From positions 1-64,000 of the IMG/VR virus record IMGVR_UViG_3300029305_002470: DNA of 64,000 nucleotides; one strand, given 5' to 3'. Every line of letters begins with the position of its first letter. The stretch's first letter is position 1. The notes under the pieces were generated by a model. The model was not told where the DNA came from. It ran no database searches and worked only from the letters and a program-made list of their open reading frames with translations. The position numbers were made by a program, and so were the translations under genes. Source of the DNA: a virus. Taxonomy: Duplodnaviria > Caudoviricetes. Below are positions 9,701 through 18,343 of this stretch, one piece after another.

Positions 9701-10618
9701 TCTTTTTAATGAACTATCAAAGCTAAAATATTTATCAAATTCAATAGCCGCAATAGTTGCCGCTAAAGCCGCAAATCCACCTGCTATTAACGGTAAATCA
9801 GTAGCTAAAACAGACCCAGTAGATATCCAAGTAGTTAATTGTTTGCTCAAATAAGAAAAAACCTTACTATTAGTATTAATTATACCACCAGTTTGTTCTA
9901 CTGCTTTACCAATTCCTAAAAATCCTTCAGCAACCTTAAGTAGTTTAAGACCACCAATAGCAGTACCAATTAATCCAATTAATGTTGGTAATGCACCAAT
10001 CTTTTGAACAACATTATCTATTACAGTAATGATTTGTGTACCAAAATCTATTACACCTTTTATCATGTCGCTATTAACAACATGGAATGACAATTGTTCC
10101 CAAGCAGATTGGAAAGCTTGCAGTTTTCCTTCTATAGAATCAAGATATTTTTCATTCTCTCTAAGAGAAGAACCATTAGAATCAAGTGCAGTATTCGTAG
10201 CTTCAACAGCACTATGCCAGTTTTTCATTACGTTTGAAAATACTTCAAACTGTGTTTTACCTGCTAATTGAGTAGCTAAAGCAGTTTGTTCTGTTTCGTT
10301 TAATTTTCCCCAAATATCACCAAGTTGAGACATAATGTCATAAGTAGACTTCATTTGCCCATCTTGGTCTTGTAAAGAGATAGTATATTTACCATTAGCT
10401 ACAGATAATGTTTCTTGTTCTTGGGCGAGTTTAGAAATATTAATTGCTATAGTACGTAAACCACGACCTACTTTTGCAGGCTGTCCAACCATGATTTCGG
10501 TACCTGCTGTAACCATACCTATAGTTTGCTCAAATGAGTTACCTGCTACAGACATAGCAGAACCCGCTTTAGTTAGGGCGTTCTGTAAATCATTTGTACC
10601 AACAGCAAAATTATTCGC
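6731..10618 (-). CDS. tape measure protein, exon 3 (of 3)
   Basis: ANNFAVGTNDLQNALTKAGSAMSVAGNSFEQTIGMVTAGTEI continues the TP901-like TMP core; long helical/TM region; spliced product of 115+80+1295 = 1490 aa. Confidence 0.9.
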   Translation of the reverse strand, partial: ANNFAVGTNDLQNALTKAGSAMSVAGNSFEQTIGMVTAGTEIMVGQPAKVGRGLRTIAINISKLAQEQETLSVANGKYTISLQDQDGQMKSTYDIMSQLGDIWGKLNETEQTALATQLAGKTQFEVFSNVMKNWHSAVEATNTALDSNGSSLRENEKYLDSIEGKLQAFQSAWEQLSFHVVNSDMIKGVIDFGTQIITVIDNVVQKIGALPTLIGLIGTAIGGLKLLKVAEGFLGIGKAVEQTGGIINTNSKVFSYLSKQLTTWISTGSVLATDLPLIAGGFAALAATIAAIEFDKYFSFDSSLKRLNEYEDKLKTVTDEIEALKKKRDSDEGLTNAEKTHLAVLEAEERSLERQIALEKQRVQNAFKKDVSTNQGKRYQERTGPTQLLDYQDSRKKELDLDKQIVEVENQIADARKKAQYYRMTGDDQGASTWEAQAQAYEKQLEKLGQKYTKLDADAAEAASNLAAYWEEVSANVDYDALSGVEKEKFDEIHKAFLESQIDASNLKDSYTDVADVLNSAMDSLGHDNLNLFDNIDISSIQTVEDAVSAIKEQIKGLDDDAEITFSVKDENGDIEEITKKVSEITDEDIEAMVHFNAEGVGEVEAEADNAARTRDSVVQVAQEGAQAVSGVIDDAAKDRDSNIDVSQSGASTAKSAIDSAAKNRTTVISVVASGISAVKNALAGIGHASGKRKGEEGGLAWLGDEGSSKSPKPELVVSEDGTAYLAGTTGWELHSLKDSDTVYSYSDTKKLLGNRQSFVGAVGEIPRYKKGKKKTKKQKKREEFDKKLDKLKHKQKVNHWTDKKFQSEYSKLYKKYKKYLSKDQKWERSESREDYENERDKDKFEKLANDILSYDDLKKFKTKVNANKNLSADEKAELIQDAGNKYYSNEFDRRLGNLGVRGADSSEGAGARLANYLADVKKNKYLSVAEKEEYARKGYEAVAKYNLKEYKNGVKTREETLKSIKDYYNEVGKYDETYYEMLDELREADKDKEIERLQKLQQYHDDRLSLAQKYIQKELNVVQKQIDAEQEEADTLERLNELEQEVAKAKSSKVRIYREGIGFVYERNTEAIEKAEKALNDYQRSLNKSPLEAYADQLQSILDLFDELKDESEIKELELSTNVGSLAQLLGGNFGTNTDLWSKWIAKEMANSAGYGDLVDKLGDVATSQITSWLTTADHTQVSQSLINSYLNKHKFASGTLSANGGFSLLGEHGAELTWLNKGDSVYSNAISRNLMEWGKYSPAQVARSMHKSDSAQVFNFDKIVLPNVRNAEEFYKELQSLPNKILQQSTRRA

Positions 10619-11003
10619 CTTAAATGTTATATTATTTTATATTTATAAAATAAACTCTTATACTTTCATATAAGAACAGACTATATCATTACTTATTAAT
10701 TAATAAGTACAGGGCACTTCGGATGTTATATCCTACTCTACTCGCTTCGTGTATTTACATACCTTATTCTATTCACATAGTTACATTTACTAAATTAAAT
10801 TTAGTTGTTTTCGATAGTCGTTGAACCTTCTACTATATTTCAATAGTAGCTTGGATGCTGATTGTCCACATATCAATATACTTTTCACTATCTCAAATAC
10901 ATTACTATTTGCCCTTATATATGTCGCCACTATAAGTTAGTATATATTGTTTTAGGAGTTCCCAGCAATTCACCCTATTTATTGAGGTCTAGAATAATTT
11001 TTA
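10619..11003 (-). mobile_element. group I intron (ORF-less, 385 nt), TMP intron 2
   Basis: P1 UGAGGUU/GACCUCA with U.G at the splice site; AAUUGCUGG (P), AAUCAGCA (Q), UCAACGACUA (R), GAUAUAGUCU (S); terminal G; 7-bp P10; splicing restores NEV|ANNF in frame. Confidence 0.9.
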
Positions 11004-11243
11004 AACCTCATTGGTCGCATCAATAACATGTTCAGCCTTACCAAAATCAGTAGTAAACTTTTTTAAACTCGATGTATCACCGAATGCTTTTAATTGAGAA
11101 TTTATAAATTTAGCCGCAGTTGCCGCATCTATTTCAGTATCCGCAATGTTCTGAAAACGACTTGCAAGTTCAGATAATTGTAAGGCAGTTTTGTTATCTT
11201 TACCCATCTTGGCAAATTCGGTAGATGCTTGTACAATTTCTGT
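11004..11243 (-). CDS. tape measure protein, exon 2 (80 codons)
   Basis: TEIVQASTEFAKMG...HVIDATNEV joins AKTG and ANNF in frame. Confidence 0.88.
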
Positions 11244-12797
11244 CTATAATGTTTTTATTAGGTCGTTACTCTAATAAAATAATTTTGTTAAAATTTCTTT
11301 ATATTGATTATTACGAAATAATTTAGATTCTAATCGAATTAATTTAATATTATTTTCTTCACAATACTTATTTTTAATATCATCAGATTTAATAGTATGT
11401 TTATATGCAACACAAGCATTATCCCAATCTCCACCAAATGGAATTGGTTTTTTATGTTGTTCTCCATCTATTTCTATAATTAAATTTAAATTAGGAATAT
11501 AAAAATCAAATGGTAAACAACGTTTTATTTTACATTGTTCTGTTTTATATTGATGAATATATCGAATTTGATGTTCATTTAACCACTGTATCATTTTATA
11601 TTCTGCTTTAGAAATATGCTTTGAACAACATTGACATCTATATTGCCCCTGTTTGATACTATCTAATGTGGTATGAAATTCATTACCACATTCACATTGA
11701 CAAATAATCACATCTGCTTCACTTTGTTTTTTTCCATTCAAATATAAAGCTTTGCAATTAATATTATGTAACTCAAAATAATGATTAACATTATATATAT
11801 AATTTTCTTTATTAAATTTCGTAGAAAACCTATAAGGCTTTTTACCTAAATTCATTATTTTAACATATACTAAATATCCATCATTATCTTCACATAATAA
11901 TTTTGAATTATTAGATATATAACAATTATCTAATAATTTTAAACCATAACTATTAAGTCTTTGTTTAACTTCTGTTATATTTAATTTTTTTGGAGAACCA
12001 TTTTTTTTAGCACAAAAAGGACATGTTACCATATTTCTACGATGAATATATGCCCATGTTAATTCAAAAATATTCTTACAATTATTGCACTGTAATTTTA
12101 CTTTATCTTTTCTTGCGCTGTGCCACTCCGTATTTAAAACAGTTGCACCATCAGTGTTTAAATCAATATATCTTTGAATATTATATAATACATATGGATT
12201 TCTATTATCAGCAATTTTATTTAATTTAAATTTATCTAAATTATTTAAACTAATTGAAAATAGATATCCATCTTTATTCATACATTTCATACTAACATCA
12301 TTTCTGATATATTGTTTATCTAATAATATTAATCCTTTTTCTTTAAATCTTTGATATACTTCATTATAATTCATTTTATTCCCTTTATGTTAACAAAATT
12401 ATTTCTCATTCATTACAAATGAGTACGGACTATTTCTTCACCCTCATCATTACATGTTAGGGGCAACCCATTTCGATTTAAGGGAATTTCACCCACTTAC
12501 TTAAGCCCTACTCCTATTGTGATTAACGTCACCTATGGGATAGTCTCTTGACACACTTCTATTCGAAGCTTTGCACCCAAACGTCCATTTTCCCAACATA
12601 ATTATATCATAATAAACATAATATGTCAAGCAATACTTAGATATTTCTATCATATATCATCTATTATATTTTTATAGTTTCCCACATTCACACTTGTCTT
12701 TATTTCATGACTATGTTGTAGTTATAATAGCTTTAGGATTTACTGGGTTTAGGGTTGTATTTCAATGCATATTACTATACATCTAGGCACATACTTT
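11244..12797 (-). mobile_element. group I intron with homing endonuclease (1554 nt), TMP intron 1
   Basis: P4 ACCCAG/UUGGGU, R UCAAGAGACUA, S AAGAAAUAGUCC, terminal G at 11244; splicing restores AKTG|TEIV in frame; ORF lies in the P9 region. Confidence 0.88.
11271..12374 (-). CDS. intron-encoded homing endonuclease (CxxC zinc modules + Vsr/DUF559-like nuclease)
   Basis: Repeated CxxC modules; LPFDFYIP..NLIIEIDGEQH and D..KN.YC....I.LIR C-terminal motifs. Confidence 0.82.
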   Translation of the reverse strand: MNYNEVYQRFKEKGLILLDKQYIRNDVSMKCMNKDGYLFSISLNNLDKFKLNKIADNRNPYVLYNIQRYIDLNTDGATVLNTEWHSARKDKVKLQCNNCKNIFELTWAYIHRRNMVTCPFCAKKNGSPKKLNITEVKQRLNSYGLKLLDNCYISNNSKLLCEDNDGYLVYVKIMNLGKKPYRFSTKFNKENYIYNVNHYFELHNINCKALYLNGKKQSEADVIICQCECGNEFHTTLDSIKQGQYRCQCCSKHISKAEYKMIQWLNEHQIRYIHQYKTEQCKIKRCLPFDFYIPNLNLIIEIDGEQHKKPIPFGGDWDNACVAYKHTIKSDDIKNKYCEENNIKLIRLESKLFRNNQYKEILTKLFY

Positions 12798-13142
12798 GCC
12801 CGTCTTTGCAACTCGACTTCCAACTTCATATGCTTGATTGGTAAAATCTTTTAAAGACCTACCAGATAAATCAGTTACTTTTCTTAATTCAGTTTGAGCC
12901 GCATCTAATTCTCTAACATTAGCCACCATATCTTTTATGGCATTCTGTGTACCATAAATCAATGCATTAGCTATAGAGTATTTAAATCTTTCCTTTAAGG
13001 CTCTTGCAAACCCACTACCATAAGAATCTCCTGCCGCCTTTCCAGCACCAGAAAGTTTAAGTTGTTTGGTTTGATTTAATTGCTTATTAAGTGAAGCAGT
13101 ATTTAGTATAGGCTCAATCTTAATTTTATAATTTCCTGCCAT
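12798..13142 (-). CDS. tape measure protein, exon 1
   Basis: V.ELDAAQTELRKVTDLSG...AYEVG.RVAKTG is a TMP N-terminal core; RBS AAAGGTGAGG. Confidence 0.88.
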
Positions 13143-13166
13143 ACAAACCTCACCTTTCTTATATTA

Positions 13167-13673
13167 TTATTTATGTATAACAGTATGAGCAATTAAAATA
13201 GCATCAGATATATCATCATCGTTATCTTTAGAAGCCTTAGACTTCCAAACTAAATTTAAATCATAAAGTTCATTAGCCAAATTAATACTGCGTTCTTTTA
13301 AAATACTTCTTTTATCCTTAGTATCTTTTGGTATATCAGTTAATAAACCTAATTCCTTACGCCAAGTATTTACATTAACTGGCGTAAATTTAATATGTAA
13401 TGCAGATGCCACACCTAAAATTGCTCCATGCAATGAGAACAATTGTTCTAATGTATTTACATTCGCTATAGTTTTAACAGGAAGTTCTACACAAAGTTCT
13501 TCAACCTTATATTCCTTAATTAATATAGCAATTTGATTCATCATATAAACAACACGTTCTCTCCATTCTAAATTTTTATCAGCAATAATTTTTCCATGAT
13601 AAAGTAGTTTATCATCATCAAATATGCACCAACCAGAACATTTGGTTGAGCCATCTAATCCCATTCTTATCAT
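13167..13673 (-). CDS. RuvC-like Holliday junction resolvase
   Basis: GLDGSTKCSGW (Asp), ELCVE (Glu), DDISDAILIA (Asp..Asp) RuvC catalytic pattern. Confidence 0.8.
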   Translation of the reverse strand: MIRMGLDGSTKCSGWCIFDDDKLLYHGKIIADKNLEWRERVVYMMNQIAILIKEYKVEELCVELPVKTIANVNTLEQLFSLHGAILGVASALHIKFTPVNVNTWRKELGLLTDIPKDTKDKRSILKERSINLANELYDLNLVWKSKASKDNDDDISDAILIAHTVIHK

Positions 13674-13685
13674 TTTATTCCTTCC

Positions 13686-14204
13686 TTACATGACAGGTAA
13701 TCCAGCAGACCTTAATCCAGCAGTTATCCATCTTCGTTCGCTTGAACGATATCTACTCAACATTGCATCCCAAAAATGAGTTGCTTGAAAAGTAGGGTTC
13801 TCTGGACCCAGTTTAAATCCGCCGCCACCTAAATCGACAATTGCCGCAATATTATCAGCAGTTTCAAAATCATAATTTTCATAAACTCCACCATGTCCAT
13901 CATTTATCCATTGCGGAGTTACATGTTGACCAGTTGATGCTACATGTGAAACTTTACCTTTATCAAAATAAAATTCCATAGTGCCTAAATTAAAACCGCC
14001 ACCAATACTTATCTTAGTAGTCCATGCCCTTGACAAACTGCCACCTTGATTGGCAACATATTGACTACCACGACCAACACGACTTGAAATTTCTATTTCT
14101 GCCATAGGACTAATAAACATATCACCTACAATTTGCAACCCCTGCATAACAGGTGGTGCTAATATAGCGGCAAGTTCTGCATCATTACTTGCAACAGGAG
14201 CCAT
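13686..14204 (-). CDS. hypothetical tail-module protein
   Basis: 172-aa ORF with RBS in the tail operon; no recognised motif. Confidence 0.55.
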   Translation of the reverse strand: MAPVASNDAELAAILAPPVMQGLQIVGDMFISPMAEIEISSRVGRGSQYVANQGGSLSRAWTTKISIGGGFNLGTMEFYFDKGKVSHVASTGQHVTPQWINDGHGGVYENYDFETADNIAAIVDLGGGGFKLGPENPTFQATHFWDAMLSRYRSSERRWITAGLRSAGLPVM

Positions 14205-14206
14205 AA

Positions 14207-14665
14207 CTATTCTCCAATCTTTTTAGCTATGTTTTTAATAATTTGATTTATACTCTTTACATCAAGCTTACTTAAATCAAGTTTCTTAACATCAACACTT
14301 TCAACTATATGTGTAGCAGAATCAATAAGATACATTAATGACCTATTTAAACTTAATGTATCACCAACTTCTCTATAAATAGTATCTATATTACTTCTAA
14401 GAATTGGGCAAGCATCAAGAATATCATACCATAATCCAGAATATAAAATATCCTCATATGTATAATGCACATCTTCTTTATCATTATATAAATCCGTACA
14501 TGCCACAAGAATATCAGCAATTAATCTTAAATCACGCTCTAAGCCATTATTGCAATTTAAAAGGTCATTAATAATATTAGTCATTTCATCTATAGTAAGA
14601 TATGGAATAACATCAATATTCCACTTTTCAATATGTACTTTTTTATCATATGTTAAATTCAACAT
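14207..14665 (-). CDS. hypothetical protein, possible tail assembly chaperone
   Basis: Helical acidic protein between the major tail and TMP genes; function by position only. Confidence 0.45.
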   Translation of the reverse strand: MLNLTYDKKVHIEKWNIDVIPYLTIDEMTNIINDLLNCNNGLERDLRLIADILVACTDLYNDKEDVHYTYEDILYSGLWYDILDACPILRSNIDTIYREVGDTLSLNRSLMYLIDSATHIVESVDVKKLDLSKLDVKSINQIIKNIAKKIGE

Positions 14666-14727
14666 AATCTTTATTCTCCTTTTAATTCCTTATGTGGGTG
14701 AAAATAATCCCACCCACATTACATTCA

Positions 14728-15267
14728 TTATGCTTCAGCAACAGTAATTGTTACAGTATAAGTTTTCTTTGTTGTACCATCTTCAGCAGTTACAACGTAA
14801 CTAACTGGATTAGTAAAGTCTGTTTCAGCACCACTTACTGGTGAAACAGTAGCATCCTTACTAATAGTAATAGTTGGTTTTAATTTAGTTACATCTGTAC
14901 CGTTTGGTACTTCAGCAGTAATAGTTGTGCCGCTAATTGTAGCTTCAACATCTGCAACTACAAACTTAGTGATATCTGCATCACTATCAAGTTTATCAAA
15001 TGTAAGTTCACCATTTACCACATCAAAATGAGCCGCATCAAGCATTAATCCACCACAATCAGCGACCATAACTACAGATACACTTGTTGCATTCTTATCA
15101 GTAATAACATTACCAATTTTTTTAAAATATGTAGCATCAAATAAAATACCGCCACAATTTGCAACAACACTAGATGTCGGGTTACCACCCGAAACAGTAA
15201 CAATTCCATTTACCATCTTTAAAGTAGACCCATCAAGAATAAGTCCACCACATTTTGCAATTGCCAT
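14728..15267 (-). CDS. Ig-like domain virion decoration protein (DUF5018-like C-terminus)
   Basis: Three A.CGG..(L/F)D repeats, then TDVTKLKPTITIS..ATVSP..G...DFTNPVSYVVTAEDG..KTYTV. Confidence 0.7.
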   Translation of the reverse strand: MAIAKCGGLILDGSTLKMVNGIVTVSGGNPTSSVVANCGGILFDATYFKKIGNVITDKNATSVSVVMVADCGGLMLDAAHFDVVNGELTFDKLDSDADITKFVVADVEATISGTTITAEVPNGTDVTKLKPTITISKDATVSPVSGAETDFTNPVSYVVTAEDGTTKKTYTVTITVAEA

Positions 15268-15290
15268 ATTTCATCTCTCCTTTCAGAGAA

Positions 15291-15650
15291 TTATAAATCA
15301 AATTGTAATCTAATACATTCTTTAATATTTTCAATATCTTCTTTATTAACTCGCCCTAAAAAACGAACAACATTTTCAATCGAACATATATTTAATTGCT
15401 CCGCTAACACAGTGCTATCTTCTTTTAAAAAAGAATAATTATTTCTTCTTAAAACATAATGTGTGGGCAAGTTATTTTTATGTTGTGTAGTCAATGGAAT
15501 AAATTGTACATTGTTAGACCAAGTATTATTAATATCATTAGACACACATATACAAGGTCTTAATCCTTCTTGTATATTATTGCCACTTTCGCCAAGGTCA
15601 ATTAAATATACACTCCATTGAAAACATACTCTTCCGTTTTTATTCATCAT
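15291..15650 (-). CDS. PemK/MazF-family endoribonuclease
   Basis: IDLG..G..IQ.G.RP.I.VSND..N......IPLT, LPTH, DS.VL.EQ...; the Arg and Thr equivalent to MazF catalytic residues are present. Confidence 0.85.
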   Translation of the reverse strand: MMNKNGRVCFQWSVYLIDLGESGNNIQEGLRPCICVSNDINNTWSNNVQFIPLTTQHKNNLPTHYVLRRNNYSFLKEDSTVLAEQLNICSIENVVRFLGRVNKEDIENIKECIRLQFDL

Positions 15651-15810
15651 TTCTCAATTTGCATCCACTTGCTTGCGTAGAAAAAACTACAGATTTTTTA
15701 TATGTACAATATCTTTGAAACATACATGACATATTAGTTTTACTACATTGAATCCATGACCGTGAACCTTGTTTCATTATTTCTCCATATGGACAATTTA
15801 TACTTTTCAT
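15640..15810 (-). CDS. small Cys-rich protein (56 aa)
   Basis: Below the ORF track cutoff; MKSINCPYG...CSKTNMSCMFQRYC...GCKLRNDE, GGAGA RBS; stop overlaps the mazF-like start. Confidence 0.7.
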   Translation of the reverse strand: MKSINCPYGEIMKQGSRSWIQCSKTNMSCMFQRYCTYKKSVVFSTQASGCKLRNDE

Positions 15811-15823
15811 TATACATTCTCCA

Positions 15824-15863
15824 ATAAAAAAATGGGGAGAATATAATCATAATTCTCCCCTTT
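15824..15863 (-). terminator. intrinsic terminator after major tail gene
   Basis: GGGGAGAAT/ATTCTCCCC stem followed by a T7 run on the minus strand. Confidence 0.75.
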
Positions 15864-15876
15864 CTTTTATATTTAA

Positions 15877-16953
15877 TTAAGCCGTTACAGCCACATTAAT
15901 TATAAGCTGTACTGATGGTTTCGGATTAGTTGTACCACTGCACTGTACCGTAATTGTACCAGTACCTGCGCTACTAGCCGCAGTTAATACTCCATCTGTA
16001 ATAGTACCAATACTTCCTGAAGTTGTAAACTTAAGGTTAGAACTATTAATTAACTTAGCAGAACCATTAGCATAAATACCATAAATATTAAGCTTCTTGG
16101 TCGCACCAGTAGAAACTGAAATACTATCAGAACCTTCAAGAGCAAACGCTACAAGATTATCATACCAATTAGCACTTGTCTCAAACTTCTTAATAACAGC
16201 ATAATATCCACCACCTTCACATCCTGCACTTGCATCAGAAGTAGCAAGAGCTTGTCCAGAGAACGGAATCTGAGCCGCACCTGAACTGGAGAGGGATATA
16301 TCCATAGACCCTTCAAGTTGGAATCTCGGTACATCTACTTCAATATGTCCAATCACTGAAGATGTAGAAACATCATTACCTCTTGAAGCTTTATAAAGGT
16401 CGCCTTTAAGAACAACGCTTACTTCATCAGGTACGAAATCGGCACTAATTGTTACTTCATCACAAGCGGCTTCTGCCATATACTTAACACAATATGTATC
16501 TCCCTCAATCAGAGATGAACCATCTGTGAGAGTAACACCAGTTGCACTCTGTCCATCAAATGTAAATGTACTCCATGAATCACTACCTGGGACTGCAACC
16601 CAACCAATAGTGCCAAGTGAAAGGAAGTCATAAGGAGTACCACTTACAGAAAGTGCTCCAGCACCACTAGCAACAACCTGCTCTTCTGTAAGAGCACCAT
16701 TTGTGCCAGAAACTACTTGAGAACCTACATTATGCGCAATATAGCCTAATTCAAATAAAGCATCTTGGAGTTCAAGTCCGAAGCTTGAATCATGGAAGTA
16801 TCTACCAATTAACTTATTTCCCTTACCACCACGAATTTCTTCTGCTGTAATTCCAATAGAGATACTTGAATCAGTCAGAGCCTTTGATGTAAACAGAAGT
16901 TGGTCGCCTGAATACACATAAGCATCCATTACATTAGCTAAAAAAGCTTTCAT
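15877..16953 (-). CDS. major tail (tube) protein with C-terminal Ig-like domain
   Basis: EEIRGGKGNKLIGRY.HDS...DALF motif, strong AAAGGAG RBS, followed by a terminator. Confidence 0.75.
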   Translation of the reverse strand: MKAFLANVMDAYVYSGDQLLFTSKALTDSSISIGITAEEIRGGKGNKLIGRYFHDSSFGLELQDALFELGYIAHNVGSQVVSGTNGALTEEQVVASGAGALSVSGTPYDFLSLGTIGWVAVPGSDSWSTFTFDGQSATGVTLTDGSSLIEGDTYCVKYMAEAACDEVTISADFVPDEVSVVLKGDLYKASRGNDVSTSSVIGHIEVDVPRFQLEGSMDISLSSSGAAQIPFSGQALATSDASAGCEGGGYYAVIKKFETSANWYDNLVAFALEGSDSISVSTGATKKLNIYGIYANGSAKLINSSNLKFTTSGSIGTITDGVLTAASSAGTGTITVQCSGTTNPKPSVQLIINVAVTA

Positions 16954-16985
16954 AATAATTATCTCCTTTACTTTATATATCTAAC

Positions 16986-17768
16986 TTATACGCTTTGTAC
17001 TTTATCTATAAAAGTATCAGCATCGCAAAATGCTTCAGCGTATTTATCTTTACGAGTTTTATATGCCCAGTGTTCAATCGGTGTTTTAAATTTTACACCA
17101 TTAAACTCTGCGGTTCTTGCCGCCGCATAATCACTCTCATCAACTAATATATCAAATAGTTGAATAAAATTTCTTATTGTTAAATTTCCGATTGCTTCCC
17201 TTGTCATTCCTGTTTTTAATTGAACGCAATTAATTTTATGTTCAATAGGTACTTTTATAGCATTTTTATTTTTTAATCGTTGATATTCTTCATATGCTTT
17301 TTTTACATCTGGGTCAACATATTTATCACTGTAATCAATAATATTTTGATATAATATAATTCGTACAATTTCATCAAAATCTTCTGCCGTAATTTTTATA
17401 GCAGTATCTTCGTCAATAATATCATAATCATATATTTTTTTGCCTATAATAAGATATTCCGTGTCGTCATTAACATACACATTAATAATATCATCATCTG
17501 GTATTGACAAAGACTTATATAACAACGTATATAATTCTTGCTGAAATTTTACTTCATTAGATATTACAGCTAATATAAAACGTAATTTAGACATAGATAT
17601 AAACTCTATTTGTCCTAAATTATTCTTATCAATCTGTAATATATTTAGAATTTCTTGTACATCATATATATCTTTTAATCGTATTGGCGAAATTAATAAA
17701 TCTTTATACGGTACACTTTTATCAAACGGTAAATATTTCTGTAATAATTCATCTTCGCTTATATGCAA
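16986..17768 (-). CDS. hypothetical tail-module protein
   Basis: 260-aa ORF in the neck-tail block; assignment by position. Confidence 0.5.
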   Translation of the reverse strand: MHISEDELLQKYLPFDKSVPYKDLLISPIRLKDIYDVQEILNILQIDKNNLGQIEFISMSKLRFILAVISNEVKFQQELYTLLYKSLSIPDDDIINVYVNDDTEYLIIGKKIYDYDIIDEDTAIKITAEDFDEIVRIILYQNIIDYSDKYVDPDVKKAYEEYQRLKNKNAIKVPIEHKINCVQLKTGMTREAIGNLTIRNFIQLFDILVDESDYAAARTAEFNGVKFKTPIEHWAYKTRKDKYAEAFCDADTFIDKVQSV

Positions 17769-18340
17769 GATTCATCATCTCCAATATCACTGATATCTAC
17801 CGCAAGTAATAAACTAGTACCAGTAAAATTTTTATTATCACCAATATTTAATGCAGACCTTGAAGCACTGATTTTCTGAGTGTTAAACTCTAATCTACCA
17901 ACGCCCCCAATTTCTATGCCATTTAATGTCGATAATATCTCTGCTTCGCACACATCACCCCTATTACAAGGAACGCCATTATATTCAATCAGAGATATTT
18001 TGCCACCATATAAAATATCAAATTCATATCCAGCAATTGCATTAACACGGCTTCTAGGAATTGTAACATCTTTATATATCTTTAACATCGTTTCTGATGT
18101 GGGTATCATATTTTCTACTAACGCAGTAAAAAATATACGATAATCTTCTTGATTTGATTCATGTGACCAAATCAAATTCATCTTTTCCTCAAATGTTAAA
18201 TCTTCTTGGGATAAACAATCATAAGTATTATATTTTAATATCTTCCATAAATTCTCATTATTATATGCCAAATATTCTATAATACGATAAGGAATATAAG
18301 GCATAGATAAAAAATCATTATACATAGCCATAATATTCAC
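17759..18340 (-). CDS. putative tail terminator/completion protein
   Basis: Position between head-closure and tail genes; size consistent. Confidence 0.45.
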   Translation of the reverse strand: MNIMAMYNDFLSMPYIPYRIIEYLAYNNENLWKILKYNTYDCLSQEDLTFEEKMNLIWSHESNQEDYRIFFTALVENMIPTSETMLKIYKDVTIPRSRVNAIAGYEFDILYGGKISLIEYNGVPCNRGDVCEAEILSTLNGIEIGGVGRLEFNTQKISASRSALNIGDNKNFTGTSLLLAVDISDIGDDESCI

Positions 18341-18343
18341 CTA

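Noticed and set aside
11001-11207. 68-aa ORF as an independent gene
   Set aside because: It is part of TMP exon 2; its stop codon is the first triplet of intron 2
14207-14665. Programmed -1 frameshift in a tail assembly chaperone
   Set aside because: No clear slippery heptamer with a continuing downstream frame was found near the 3' end
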